In this document: piece after piece, positions 37,301 through 38,294 of the stretch
Layout of the letters: every line of letters begins with the position of its first letter
Numbering within the stretch: position 1 is the stretch's first letter
NCBI RefSeq assembly: GCF_001194135.2
Contig: NC_068984.1
Coordinates: forward strand, 48,322,751-48,361,044
Reading direction: 5' to 3'
DNA from: Octopus bimaculoides
Lineage: Eukaryota
DNA: 38,294 bases
Translations under genes and position numbers: made by a program
The notes under the pieces: generated by a model
Told to the model about the DNA's origin: nothing
Seen by the model: only the letters and a program-made list of their open reading frames with translations
Database searches by the model: none

Positions 37301-37416
37301 GGGCATATGGTGTAGTGGTTAAGAGCGTGGGCTACTAACTCCAACATTCTGAGTTCGATTACAGTCGGAATGTTAATCAGGTCACTGAGTTCGATTACAG
37401 TTAGTGACCTGAATAA
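37301..37416 (+). mobile_element. tRNA-derived SINE head with an internal rearrangement
   Basis: Box A TGGTGTAGTGG (37308-37318) and box B-like GAGTTCGATT (37351-37360, duplicated at 37387-37396). Ends AGTGACCTGAATAA. Confidence 0.7.
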
Positions 37417-37731
37417 CAAGTGACTTGTGGCGTACGACTTAGTGTGCGATCCTGTAAATTATATTTACCCAACGGTCTATACTGAGGAGAAACAATTATT
37501 TTCGGTAAAAAAGTATTAATTTCGAAACATGTTTACAGATAATTGTATTTTTTAAATGTAATTTTCACTAGTGTTGCCCGTTTTACGTTTTTGTTATTTC
37601 GCTATATTCCCTTTGAGAATTATTCAGTCTTAGTAGCCACATGGTATGTGATCTTCTAGCACATTAGCAGTCCACCTAGTGGCCTCCTTTATATATATTT
37701 ATATATGTACATACATACATATATATATATA

Positions 37732-38294
37732 TGACGACCGCTCCATCTTGACAGACGATAGCCATCCCATCAACAATCCACACATATCATCACGCAGTAC
37801 AATCACTCCGTTGGTGAGCCCTCAAANNNNNNNNNNAATCCACACATATCATCACGCAGTACAATCACTCCGTTGGTGAGCCCTCAAATGACTTTGAAGT
37901 CCGGCTGCTGAGCGACAAGGTCTACATCACAGATGACAAATGTTCAGACCTCTTGATCCTTGCTCGCTGGTATCTGATTCTAAGGAAACGCCTCTGTGAA
38001 CCAGCATATGTCTCTTAAGTCCGGGTATTGTTTTACAAACCTTGTGACATATGCCACAGGTCGCAGAAGGCGGTTGGTATTTAGGGTGTCTGGAATTTCT
38101 ACCCTCATGTGTTTTCATGTGATTCACATATCCTGCTTTTGACAGAAGAACGCGATCACATAGAGTACACATCCTATACTCTCCACTGTTTACAATTTTT
38201 CCCTTTCGACAGGCCCGCTTAAGCTCAAGTTGCTGAAGCATCTTTTCCTCCCAGACATCACAGCTCGTCCTGACAACAGCTCTCCACTTGCTTC
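37732..38294 (-). mobile_element. 3' end of an RTE-type LINE: ORF C-terminus with three C2H2 zinc fingers, 3' UTR and (TA)n tail; continues beyond the window
   Basis: Open frame from the window edge: SKWRAVVRTSCDVWEEKMLQQLELKRACRK (RTE C-terminal W...E.KR..RK pattern), then CTLC-x12-HMKTH, CGIC-x12-HMLVH and CHL*-x12-HLRAH (TGA at 37927-37929; next in-frame stop 37852-37854). No TGEKP linkers. Short 3' UTR ending in (TA)n. Confidence 0.8.

Noticed and set aside
37775-37888. 52-bp perfect direct repeat (37775-37826 and 37837-37888)
   Set aside because: The identical copies flank a 10-N gap, typical of an unmerged contig overlap.
37927-38241. Stand-alone C2H2 zinc-finger host gene
   Set aside because: The frame is open to the window edge with an RTE-like C-terminal motif, has no TGEKP linkers, and is followed by a LINE-like 3' end and (TA)n tail.

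Overview
AT-rich animal genomic DNA from a draft assembly, with 11 N-gaps (2892-3193, 5720-5917, 10650-10662, 11281-11290, 15322-15451, 22933-23211, 24804-24890, 27203-28022, 30139-30390, 33988-34480, 37827-37836), most of them next to (TA)n runs. The repeat families and the very high microsatellite density point to an octopus/cephalopod genome; this is recognition from memory, not a database result. I found no intact host gene, tRNA or rRNA gene, or CRISPR array. The window is mostly decayed transposons: four Penelope-like retroelements (PLEs) from apparently three lineages, three mariner transposases, a DUF4817-type Tc1/mariner fragment, two CR1-like and two RTE LINE fragments (one with three C-terminal C2H2 fingers), tRNA-derived SINEs and many microsatellites. 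The observations most worth following up are two minimal hammerhead ribozyme relics (one in a PLE 3' repeat, one in what may be a tRNA-headed non-autonomous element), a ~410 bp loop-less palindrome with G.U-biased differences, several locally templated insertions, in-frame TGA codons at Cys positions in two retroelements, and unidentified protein-like minus-strand islands at 4.7-13.7 kb.
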